DNA from: Candidatus Calditenuaceae archaeon | GTDB lineage: Archaea > Thermoproteota > Nitrososphaeria_A > Caldarchaeales > Calditenuaceae | Length of the DNA: 32,000 nucleotides | Assembly: GCA_025059595.1 (NCBI GenBank) | Contig: JANXDI010000012.1 | Location: 1-32,000, forward strand | Reading direction: 5' to 3' | Part shown: piece after piece, positions 14,932 through 22,882 of the stretch | How positions within the stretch are numbered: the stretch's first letter is position 1 | Layout of the letters: every line of letters starts with the position of its first letter | Translations under genes and position numbers: made by a program | Notes under the pieces: model-generated | What the model was told of the DNA's origin: nothing | What the model saw: only the letters and a program-made list of their open reading frames with translations | Databases searched by the model: none

Positions 14932-16602
14932 GTGTGTAGTGGTGTGACGCGCCAAGTATCATCCCTCAATAGGATGCTCGGGTTCATGGGCTTATCGCTT
15001 ATGTTGTCGTTCGCTTCTTGGATTGTCGGTGGCGAGTTTTTCAGGATTGTGATAAGCTCAGTCCTGCCTTTCGAGGAGCCTTTAAGAGCTTATCCCTCAT
15101 ACGCCTTCACAGGCCTGATACTCGGGGCGATGAACGCCCTCATCCTATACAAGTTAGTCAGTGGTTCGAAAGGGATTCTGGCTTTTATGGCTTTGGGGGC
15201 TGTCGCGGGCTGGGGAGGCGCCTTTGCTCTGACGATTTTTGCCAGCATATTTGACGTCTCTGTTGTATTGGGCTGGGCTTTAGGGCTGGCTACCTTTATC
15301 CTCATTATGCTTGGTCTGGTGAGGCTTTTGGCGATTGAGGCTATGAGGCCCCAGCTTCAGCGGGAGAGAGGTCAGATTGTTCAACTGCCTCCACAGACAA
15401 AGCCTCAGCCCGCACCAGCGATAACTGCTCAAGAACCATCTGCCCAGCCACCGGCCCAGCAACCAGAGGAGGCTCCACCCACTCCGCCTCCAACCTCAGC
15501 AGCAACTCCTCAGCCCCCTCCCACCGCACTGGCCGAGGCTAAACCATCTCCGGCTGCTCCAGCCACTATTCCTCCCCTGACGACCATTATTCCACCCACC
15601 CCTCCGCCACCGTCAGAGCCTACTCAGAGTATCGATGAGCTCGAGGAGGTGCTTGTAGAGATTATAGCTGAGGAGGGAATTACGGAGCTTATTCCGCTTC
15701 CAAACAACACGTCGCCCGAGGGCGGCTCTTATCCTGAGATTGAGTCTAAGCTTGGAGTTGACACAACTACGCTCCTCAAGGTTGTGAAGAGGCTGATGGA
15801 TAAGAATTATGTCAGGCTTTCCGGGGTGGAGTTTAAGAAGGTTGCCTGCCCTCACTGCCAGAGTGCCCTAAACGTCCTTAATCTTAGCTGCAGGGCCTGC
15901 GGCTCGACCAACATCGGGAGGCAGAGGATTCTTCAGCACGAGGCCTGCGGTTATCTCGGGCCTGAAGACAGCTTCACCGTCGGCGGAAGAACCATTTGTC
16001 CGCGCTGTGGAAGCGGTGTGAAGATTCTGAGGGGCCCGCTCGAGGAGGAGCATGAACAGATACTCAAGGTCCACTCAAGCTTCTTCATTTGCTACAACTG
16101 CAACGAGGTCAGCCCAGACCCCCACATCTCCTTCAGGTGCCTTACCTGCGGACTAGACTATGACTTGAGCGGCTTCGAGTTCAAGACCTTCTACAGATAC
16201 GCAATCAACCCCGAAATGATAAGCGGGCTGCAGGAGCAGAAGAGGCCGATTAGGCTAATCGCTGAGGAGTTGAAGAGGCTTGGATTCGAGGTTCAGATTG
16301 GGGCCCGGATTACGGGGGCGTCGAAGGTCCGGCATAAGGTTGACCTTCTCTACAGCCGCCTCGGCCAGACTAGGGGGGCTGTCTTCCTGTTCAGCGATAG
16401 GGGGGGCATGAAGATTCACGATGTGATGAAGATTATTGTTATGAAGGCGGACACTAGAATAGACAGCGTCAAGATACTCTGCCTCGGACAGCTGGACAAC
16501 GATTCGAAGAGGCTGGCCGAGCTTTACAATATTTTGGTCATCGAGAATATAGCTTCGAAGGAGCTGGCGACTGACGTTATGCCGCGCATAGTCTCCGCGT
16601 AG
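14932..16602 (+). CDS. membrane-anchored protein with Pro-rich linker, winged-helix-like segment, three zinc ribbons and a C-terminal alpha/beta domain
   Basis: 4 N-terminal TM helices, then a linker of about 95 aa rich in Pro/Ala/Gln (PPQTKPQPAPA...PPTPPPPSEP). Next comes an HTH-like segment (SYPEIESKLGVDTTTLLKVVKRLMDKNYVRLSG), the Cys motifs CPHC..CRAC, HEAC..CPRC, CYNC..CLTC, and a C-terminal domain containing GASKVRHKVDLL. The ORF is open from TTG 14863; the likely start is GTG 14932 or ATG 14974. Confidence 0.7.
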   Translation: MCSGVTRQVSSLNRMLGFMGLSLMLSFASWIVGGEFFRIVISSVLPFEEPLRAYPSYAFTGLILGAMNALILYKLVSGSKGILAFMALGAVAGWGGAFALTIFASIFDVSVVLGWALGLATFILIMLGLVRLLAIEAMRPQLQRERGQIVQLPPQTKPQPAPAITAQEPSAQPPAQQPEEAPPTPPPTSAATPQPPPTALAEAKPSPAAPATIPPLTTIIPPTPPPPSEPTQSIDELEEVLVEIIAEEGITELIPLPNNTSPEGGSYPEIESKLGVDTTTLLKVVKRLMDKNYVRLSGVEFKKVACPHCQSALNVLNLSCRACGSTNIGRQRILQHEACGYLGPEDSFTVGGRTICPRCGSGVKILRGPLEEEHEQILKVHSSFFICYNCNEVSPDPHISFRCLTCGLDYDLSGFEFKTFYRYAINPEMISGLQEQKRPIRLIAEELKRLGFEVQIGARITGASKVRHKVDLLYSRLGQTRGAVFLFSDRGGMKIHDVMKIIVMKADTRIDSVKILCLGQLDNDSKRLAELYNILVIENIASKELATDVMPRIVSA

Positions 16603-16630
16603 CTGAGGAGAATTACGCTCCTGCAGGCCG

Positions 16631-17224
16631 TTACTCCTCTCGCGACTTCTTCCAAACCTCGTAGCATCTTATCTCCTCGAAGAATAGGCGCCTCGAGGCT
16701 ACGCACCTCACTATGAGGCCTCTCTTCTCCGCGTATTCTACGATAGCCTCGGCGTTTCCGAGGGTTGACGCTATGAGGACGAGCCTGGAACCCATTTCCA
16801 TGAGTTGCTCTGCATCGTCGATGAGGCTTATGGCGAACTCGGCTCCCGTGGGGCCTGCCTCGGTCGCGACGTCTGCGGTGTCTTCGCTTGGGAGGTAGGG
16901 CGGGTTTGATACGATTAATCGTATTTTCCCGCTTGGGCGGAGGGCCTTGAGCTTGTCACCCACGACTATGTGGGTGTGGTCGAGGAGGTTGAGGCAGTTT
17001 TGTCGGGTGGCTTTCGTAGCGGCTTGGCTGATGTCTATGGCTACGACCTCGACGCCTCTCTCCGCGAGGTTTCTGGAGACTTCGCCGCTTCCGCATCCAA
17101 CCTCCACTACGAGGCCGCCGCCTGTGAGGCTGGAGAGACAGTCGATTAGGAGCCAAGTGTCCTCTGCCGGCTGATAGACGGGGGGCTCCGAGCCCATCCG
17201 CCCTACACCGTAAAGACCATTCAC
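16631..17224 (-). CDS. HemK/Mtq2-type SAM-dependent methyltransferase (putative release-factor glutamine N5-methyltransferase)
   Basis: VYQPAEDTWLL N-terminal motif, SAM motif I VVEVGCGSG, catalytic NPPY (VSNPPYLPSE). About 190-197 aa depending on the start (GTG 17224 or ATG 17197). Confidence 0.8.
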   Translation of the reverse strand: MNGLYGVGRMGSEPPVYQPAEDTWLLIDCLSSLTGGGLVVEVGCGSGEVSRNLAERGVEVVAIDISQAATKATRQNCLNLLDHTHIVVGDKLKALRPSGKIRLIVSNPPYLPSEDTADVATEAGPTGAEFAISLIDDAEQLMEMGSRLVLIASTLGNAEAIVEYAEKRGLIVRCVASRRLFFEEIRCYEVWKKSREE

Positions 17225-17321
17225 TCGGCATTAGAGTCTTTCGTCTCGTGGTGGCTGGTGCGTAAGAATTATAAATGTGTCATGAGAGAAGATGCTTGAA
17301 CGTTGCAGGTGATTACGCGTC

Positions 17322-18215
17322 TTGTATCCTAGGAAGTTTAGCTATGTTGCTCCAAACAGTGTCGGCGAGGTCTTGAGGCTGTTGAGGAGGTACGGCGACG
17401 AGGCGAAGCTCTTAGCCGGTGGTCAGAGCCTCATCCCTATGATGAAGCTTCGGATTGTTGGGCCGTCCGTGGTTATTGATTTGAAGAACCTCAAAGGCAG
17501 GCTTGCATACATCAAGGATGGGGGGCGGGCGGTGAGGATTGGGGCGCTCACGACGCATGCCGAGGTCGAGCTCTCCGAGACGCTGCGGCGCGAAGTCCCT
17601 CTGCTCCCCGAGGTCGCTAAGTGGGTTGGAGATATGCAGATAAGGAATATGGGGACTCTGGGAGGCTCGCTAGCCCACTCCGACCCGGCTGCGGACTGGC
17701 CCGTAGCGATGCTCGCCCTCGACGCCTCCGTGACAGTCCAAGGCCAGCGGAGGAGAGTGGTGCCAGTCTCTAGGTTCCACAGGGGCCCCTTCACCACCGC
17801 GCTCAAACCAACGGAGCTCCTGACAGAGATAACGGTGCCTAAGCCTCCGAAGGGGCATGGCTGGTCTTGGAAGAAGTTTGAGAGGAAGGCGGGGGACTTC
17901 GCAACGGTGAACGTTGCTGCGATAGTGGTTCCGGACGGCCAGGGCCGCGTTAAGAGTGCATCAATCGCCGTGGGCTCCGTGAGCTCGGTGCCATATAGGG
18001 CCGCTAGGGCTGAGAGGATGCTTAGGGGCAAGAGGCCTGACGCGGAGCTTTTGAACGGGGTTGCTGAGGCTGCGGCAGAGCCGGCCCAGCCTACGAGCGA
18101 CTTGAGGGGCTCGGCCGAATACAAGAAGTGGCTGACGCGGGTGATGGTTAGGAGAGCTCTCGAAGAGGCTTTAAGTAGGGCTGGCCTTTCGGTGGAGGTG
18201 GCTCAGCATGCCTAG
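17322..18215 (+). CDS. coxM: FAD-binding medium subunit of a xanthine dehydrogenase/CO dehydrogenase family molybdoenzyme
   Basis: [16 protein letters not shown]...[15 protein letters not shown] and [16 protein letters not shown] motifs, with a C-terminal [12 protein letters not shown] start, with a TATA-like AATTATAAAT upstream. Confidence 0.85.
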   Translation: MYPRKFSYVAPNSVGEVLRLLRRYGDEAKLLAGGQSLIPMMKLRIVGPSVVIDLKNLKGRLAYIKDGGRAVRIGALTTHAEVELSETLRREVPLLPEVAKWVGDMQIRNMGTLGGSLAHSDPAADWPVAMLALDASVTVQGQRRRVVPVSRFHRGPFTTALKPTELLTEITVPKPPKGHGWSWKKFERKAGDFATVNVAAIVVPDGQGRVKSASIAVGSVSSVPYRAARAERMLRGKRPDAELLNGVAEAAAEPAQPTSDLRGSAEYKKWLTRVMVRRALEEALSRAGLSVEVAQHA

Positions 18216-18768
18216 GCGGAGAGTCGGTGGGCCTCGGTCTGGGGCTGCTGTCGAGGCTGGGCAGGAGACCGTCCCAGTGAGGGTGAAGATAAACGGCGTG
18301 GAGTATTCGCACAACGTTGAGCCTAGGCTGCTCCTCGTCCACTACATCAGGGATGTTGTGGGCCTCACAGGCACACATGTGGGCTGCGACACGTCCCACT
18401 GCGGCGCATGCACCGTCCTGATTAAGGGCCTCTGGGGCGACGGCTGGCTGGCGGTTAAGTCGTGCACCCTCCTCGCAACACAGGCGGACGGGAAGGAGAT
18501 ACTGACCATCGAGGGCCTTGCTAAGAACGGGGAGCTCCACCCGCTTCAGAGGGCTTTCTGGGAGAACCACGGCCTACAGTGCGGCTTCTGCACGCCCGGC
18601 ATGATAATGGCCGCCCTCGGATTCCTCCTGAGAAACCCGAGCCCGTCGAGGGAGGAGATTAAGTGGGGGATAAGCGGAAACCTCTGCCGATGCACGGGAT
18701 ATGTGAACATAATCAAGTCGATTGAGGCCGCTGCGAAAGAGATGCGGGAGAAAGGGACGGCGATATAG
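18208..18768 (+). CDS. coxS: [2Fe-2S]-binding small subunit of the same enzyme family
   Basis: Two cluster motifs: [12 protein letters not shown] and [10 protein letters not shown]...[11 protein letters not shown] overlaps the coxM stop by 8 nt (ATGCCTAG). Confidence 0.88.
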   Translation: MPRRRVGGPRSGAAVEAGQETVPVRVKINGVEYSHNVEPRLLLVHYIRDVVGLTGTHVGCDTSHCGACTVLIKGLWGDGWLAVKSCTLLATQADGKEILTIEGLAKNGELHPLQRAFWENHGLQCGFCTPGMIMAALGFLLRNPSPSREEIKWGISGNLCRCTGYVNIIKSIEAAAKEMREKGTAI

Positions 18769-18868
18769 CCTGAGCTGAATTAGGCGACACCACACATCTA
18801 CAGCTCATCTTTGTCGATGACTCACGTTTAAGAGTCGGGAGGCTGGCATCGACTCAGCCAGCTCGAGG

Positions 18869-19717
18869 ATGACCGTTCTCGCTGACGTGGCCTCCCTCAC
18901 CAAGCCGAAGATAACCCTCCTCAACATAGGCTCAGCCGTCTCCTGCTTCTTTCTCGCGGGGGGCGGGCCGGAGGGTGCGGCTCTTCTCTTCCTAGTCGGA
19001 TATCTCGCTTCGGGAGGAGCTAGCGCGCTAAACAACTATCTCGACAGGGATTTAGATGGCTTGATGAAGAGGACCGCGGGGAGACCTCTCCCCCGTGGCC
19101 GAGTCCCCGCGAGGCTTGCTCTCACCCTAGGCCTGCTATTCTCCGCCTCATCTGTAGCCCTAGCCGCCTCAGTCTTTAACCCCTTGACAGCCTTAATGAT
19201 AGTTGGCGGCATAGTCTCGTATGTCGTGGTCTACACGATTCTCTTGAAGAGGAGGACTGAGTGGAACATAGTGATTGGCGGAGTAGCTGGGTCTTTCCCG
19301 CCATTAGCAGGCTGGGCGGCGGCCTCAGGGTCGATTGGCCTTCCAGCGGTCTTGGTTGCTCTCCTCGTTTTCCTCTGGACGCCGGGGCACTTCTGGGCCC
19401 TCGCTCTCAGGGCGGAGAGGGACTACAGGTCCGCCCAGCTCCCTATGCTTCCAGCCACGAGGGGGGCTGACTATGCGGTGAAGGCGATAGCGGCCTCTAA
19501 CGCCTTGATGCTTCTGGGCTGGGCCGCCCTCTCCCTGGTAATGAGCCTGCCGATGCTTTTCCTGATGGTTACCGCACCCTTGACTGCGCTGATAGCGTAT
19601 TACACGGCCGCCCTCTCCTTGAGGAGGAGAAGGGAGGACTCTTGGAGGCTCTTCAAAGCCTCGAGCCCCTGGCTCCTCTTCGTTCAGATAGGTGTGTCCC
19701 TGGCTAGGGTCGCGTGA
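18869..19717 (+). CDS. ctaB: protoheme IX farnesyltransferase (heme O synthase), UbiA family
   Basis: KPKITLLN N-terminus, Asp-rich motif NNYLDRDLDGLMKRTAGRPLP, second motif region WTPGHFWALAL. About 8 TM helices. Confidence 0.88.
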   Translation: MTVLADVASLTKPKITLLNIGSAVSCFFLAGGGPEGAALLFLVGYLASGGASALNNYLDRDLDGLMKRTAGRPLPRGRVPARLALTLGLLFSASSVALAASVFNPLTALMIVGGIVSYVVVYTILLKRRTEWNIVIGGVAGSFPPLAGWAAASGSIGLPAVLVALLVFLWTPGHFWALALRAERDYRSAQLPMLPATRGADYAVKAIAASNALMLLGWAALSLVMSLPMLFLMVTAPLTALIAYYTAALSLRRRREDSWRLFKASSPWLLFVQIGVSLARVA

Positions 19718-19732
19718 AGACGCCTAAACACA

Positions 19733-22483
19733 TTACCGCTGTTGCTCGCGCCTATCCAGAGCCTCGCTCACCGCTCTAGCGCGGGCCCCCGTATCCCTCC
19801 CAGCCACTCCCACTCCTCGAGCCTCTGGCCTCAGCTTAAGCTCGACGTAAACCTCGTCCCCTCGGTGCTTTATCTCGAAGCCCAGCTTCCTACACAAACC
19901 AATCATCTTGACGTTCTCGGGAAGCACAATACCGTATATCGAGTCCAGCCCCCTCTCCTGCGCAATCTCGATAATCATGTCCGTCAGCTTGGTTCCGAGC
20001 CCTACACCCTGAAAGTCGTCGGCGACGAGAACCGCGAACTCCCCCCTCTTAGCCTCGCGGTCCATGATGAGCCTACCGACACCGACGTTCCTCTTCCTAC
20101 CACCCTCACTATACTCCGCTATGATCGCGATCTCCCTGTCATAGTCTATGTTGCAGAGCCTAACTAGCATCTCGTGTGTTACCTCTCTTATTACTTGGAA
20201 GAACCTGAACCTGCTCGACTCCTCGGAGAGTCCCTTGATTAGCTCGTATTCGAGCGGCTCGTCCTCGGGCCTGATTGGGCGGAGGAGAACCTCCCTTCCA
20301 TCCCTAAGCCTCCAAGGCCTCACATACCTCGTGGGGTAGGGCGATATGACCAAGTGGCTGTAAGGCTCTGAGGTCTCCACACAGCTGCTATCCAGTACGA
20401 CTCTAAAGTCCACGGCATAGGCCTTGTCGCCGGAAACTATGAGGGGGTTAATCTCAGCCTCCCTAATCTCAGGGAAGTCCACAATCATGTTGGAGAACCG
20501 CACAATTATCTCCTCAAGCTTCTTCATGTCGGCCGGCGGCTTATTCCTCCAGCCGCGCGCAAGAATGCTGTATATCTTCGTCTCCTCCATCAGCCTCCTC
20601 GCGAGAACTTGATTGAGCGGCGGCAGACCTATCGAGTAGTCTCTGATATACTCGGTTGCTGTGCCCCCAGAGCCGAACAGAATAACGGCGCCGAAGTCCG
20701 GGTCTCGCGTCGAGCCAAGAATGAGCTCGTAATTCACCGGCCGAGCCATCCTCTGGACATAAATCCCCTCGACGCGGGCGTTAGGCATCCTCGACCTCAC
20801 CGAGTCCACAAGCCTAACAAACGCCTCTCTCAGCTCGGCCTCGGACGAGATGTTCAGGACAACGCCGTTGAAGTCCGTCTTATGGACTATGTCGGGGGAG
20901 ACAATCTTCAGGGCGACGGGGTATCCTAGCCTAGCCGCTATGACGAGAGCCTCGTTTAGACTAGTCGCCAGCTCACCCTTCGCCCTCGGAATACCGTAAG
21001 CGTCTAAGAACCTGTCGCACTTATCCAGCGTCAAGACCGTCCGCCCCTCAGCCAACTCCCTCCTTATCAGAAGCTTCAGGAAGTTCTTGGGTGGTGTGGG
21101 GTCTATCTGCAGGTCCTCCGGGGTCTCGTAGAGCAGCTCAAGGTTCCGCTTATACTTGTAGATATATGTGTATGTTTTGACCGCTTCCTCCGGAGTGCTG
21201 TATGTCGGAATATCGTTTCGATAGAATAGCTCTCTCGCCGGAAGAACCTCGTCGCCTCCCATCCACACTGTAAGAACCGGCTTCACGCGGCCGCTCTCAT
21301 CAACTATGTTTATCACCTCTTTTGCGAGGTCAAGCGGCTTGGCCGCGCCCTGCGGAGTATAGATGACTATGATATCGTCGACTTGTGGGTCTGAGAGGCA
21401 TGCCCTGAGGGCCACGGAGTATCTATTGACGTCTGCGTCTCCGAGGACGTCTATGGGGTTGCCTCCGCTCCAGTAGGGTGGTAGAACCCGGTTAAGGAGT
21501 TCGACGGTCTGGCTGGAGAGCTCGGCCAGCACACCCCCATACTCCACGACAGCATCAGCCGCAATAACGCCCGGCCCGCCGGCGTTCGTTATGACAGCCA
21601 ACCTAGGTCCAGCAGGCAGACGCCTTGAATCCAAGACACTCGCACAGTTGAAGAGGTCCTTTATCTCGTCGACCCTCACGACACCAGCCCTCCTAAACGC
21701 CGCCCTATACACCTCGAAGCTCCCAGTCATGGCTCCGGTGTGGGATTGGGCGGCTCTGGCGGCTGCGGGTGATTTGCCCGGCTTCATGACGATTATGGGC
21801 TTGTTTCTCGCGAAACCCCTCGCCGCGCTCATGAACTTCCTCGCATTCCCCACACCCTCCATGTAAATCAGTATGCTACGCGTGTAGGGGTCTCTGCCGA
21901 GAAAATCGATCAGGTCACCAAAGTCTATGTCTAGCATCGAGCCTAAGGAGACGAACATGCTGAAGCCGACGTGCGCGCTGACGGCCCAGTCGAGGATTGC
22001 CGAGCCGAGCGCGCCGCTCTGAGAAATGAACGCTATCTGGCCGGGCTCAGGGTCTTTGAGGAGGAATGTCGAGTTAAGCCCTATTGGAGGCCTGATGAAT
22101 CCGAGGCAGTTGGGGCCGAGTATTCTCAAGCCATATTTCTGCCTCAGCCTCCTTATCTCCTCCTCAAGCCTCCGCCCCTCCTCACCGGTCTCCTTGAATC
22201 CAGCTGAGACGATGACCGCTCCCTCGACACCAGCCTCGCCGCACTCCGCCACAACCGCGGGGACAGTCTTCGCAGGCGTGGCAACCACAGCAAGGTCCAC
22301 ATGCTCCGGAACCTCACCTATAGAGGGATAGCACTTGATTCCCAAAACACTCTCTCTGTTGGGATTGACCGGATAGACCTGCCTATCCCTGTTGGACTTG
22401 AGGAGGTTATGGAGAAGAGCCAGTCCGACACTACCCTCCCTCTCAGTCGCCCCAATCAAAGCGACGACCGAGGGGTTAAACAT
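19733..22483 (-). CDS. fused ADP-forming acetyl-CoA synthetase (alpha+beta)-like protein with C-terminal GNAT acetyltransferase domain (Pat-like architecture)
   Basis: MFNPSVVALIGATEREGSVG CoA-binding N-terminus, SHTGAMTGS phosphohistidine loop and an ATP-grasp region. The C-terminus has GNAT motif A (LVADDFQGVGLGTKLTDMIIEIAQERG). The ORF extends to TTG 22501; ATG 22483 is the more likely start. Confidence 0.85.
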   Translation of the reverse strand: MFNPSVVALIGATEREGSVGLALLHNLLKSNRDRQVYPVNPNRESVLGIKCYPSIGEVPEHVDLAVVATPAKTVPAVVAECGEAGVEGAVIVSAGFKETGEEGRRLEEEIRRLRQKYGLRILGPNCLGFIRPPIGLNSTFLLKDPEPGQIAFISQSGALGSAILDWAVSAHVGFSMFVSLGSMLDIDFGDLIDFLGRDPYTRSILIYMEGVGNARKFMSAARGFARNKPIIVMKPGKSPAAARAAQSHTGAMTGSFEVYRAAFRRAGVVRVDEIKDLFNCASVLDSRRLPAGPRLAVITNAGGPGVIAADAVVEYGGVLAELSSQTVELLNRVLPPYWSGGNPIDVLGDADVNRYSVALRACLSDPQVDDIIVIYTPQGAAKPLDLAKEVINIVDESGRVKPVLTVWMGGDEVLPARELFYRNDIPTYSTPEEAVKTYTYIYKYKRNLELLYETPEDLQIDPTPPKNFLKLLIRRELAEGRTVLTLDKCDRFLDAYGIPRAKGELATSLNEALVIAARLGYPVALKIVSPDIVHKTDFNGVVLNISSEAELREAFVRLVDSVRSRMPNARVEGIYVQRMARPVNYELILGSTRDPDFGAVILFGSGGTATEYIRDYSIGLPPLNQVLARRLMEETKIYSILARGWRNKPPADMKKLEEIIVRFSNMIVDFPEIREAEINPLIVSGDKAYAVDFRVVLDSSCVETSEPYSHLVISPYPTRYVRPWRLRDGREVLLRPIRPEDEPLEYELIKGLSEESSRFRFFQVIREVTHEMLVRLCNIDYDREIAIIAEYSEGGRKRNVGVGRLIMDREAKRGEFAVLVADDFQGVGLGTKLTDMIIEIAQERGLDSIYGIVLPENVKMIGLCRKLGFEIKHRGDEVYVELKLRPEARGVGVAGRDTGARARAVSEALDRREQQR

Positions 22484-22614
22484 CCTGTCCAAGCCACCCA
22501 AAAGCCTCTACCACCAACAATACATAAGACCCGCACACTAAATAGTCTATCCCAGAAAAAAACATATTCTTGGCCACACCGCCCGACGAGGCCCTAAACG
22601 CAGGCTCATATTCC

Positions 22615-22689
22615 TGCTCCGGCCGGGATTTGAACCCGGGTCTCCGGCTCGAAAGGCCGGCATACTTGTCCGGGCTATACTACCGGAGC
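22615..22689 (-). tRNA. tRNA-Glu (anticodon UUC)
   Basis: Reverse complement GCTCCGGTAGTATAGCCCGGACAAGTATGCCGGCCTTTCGAGCCGGAGACCCGGGTTCAAATCCCGGCCGGAGCA. Acceptor GCTCCGG/CCGGAGC, anticodon stem CCGGC/GCCGG with loop CTTTCGA, T-arm CCGGG-TTCAAAT-CCCGG. No encoded CCA. Confidence 0.9.
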
Positions 22690-22725
22690 CTCGGTATGCT
22701 AGCGCAATTCAAATGTTGGGGGTTT

Positions 22726-22735
22726 CTATTTATAG
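22726..22735 (-). promoter_or_regulatory. TATA box candidate for tRNA-Glu
   Basis: The minus strand reads CTATAAATAG, centred about 41 nt upstream of the tRNA 5' end. Confidence 0.4.
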
Positions 22736-22882
22736 GTGTAAGGAAAACCTACGCAGCCCGCAGAGCCCTCTGTGACGAGGATGGCTCCGACATAGGAGAA
22801 GAGGCCAGAAAAATATTCGGTGGCAAGTGATACGAAATAAAGTGCTGAGGGAGTAGTTATGATGGGTTTGAGGACTTTGTTC

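Noticed and set aside
17423-18124. 233-aa minus-strand ORF inside coxM
   Set aside because: Antisense to a gene with clear FAD-binding subunit motifs. The composition is Ser/Ala/Pro-rich with no recognisable motifs.
331-22689. Idea that the region between the two tRNA genes is an integrated genomic island
   Set aside because: I found no integrase or recombinase gene and no duplicated tRNA 3' fragment (att-like direct repeat) by eye. The interval also contains core genes (methyltransferase, ctaB, cox subunits). Only local low-G+C patches are seen.
22570-22830. 86-aa plus-strand ORF
   Set aside because: It overlaps the well-folded tRNA-Glu gene (22615-22689) and its promoter region, so it is not credible as coding.
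22800-22882. Possible C/D box sRNA between tRNA-Glu and the thermosome gene (GTGATAC...CTGA...TATGATGG)
   Set aside because: The boxes are imperfect (no RUGAUGA) and no terminal D box (CUGA) is present at the right spacing. This is more likely just the thermosome 3' UTR or terminator region.
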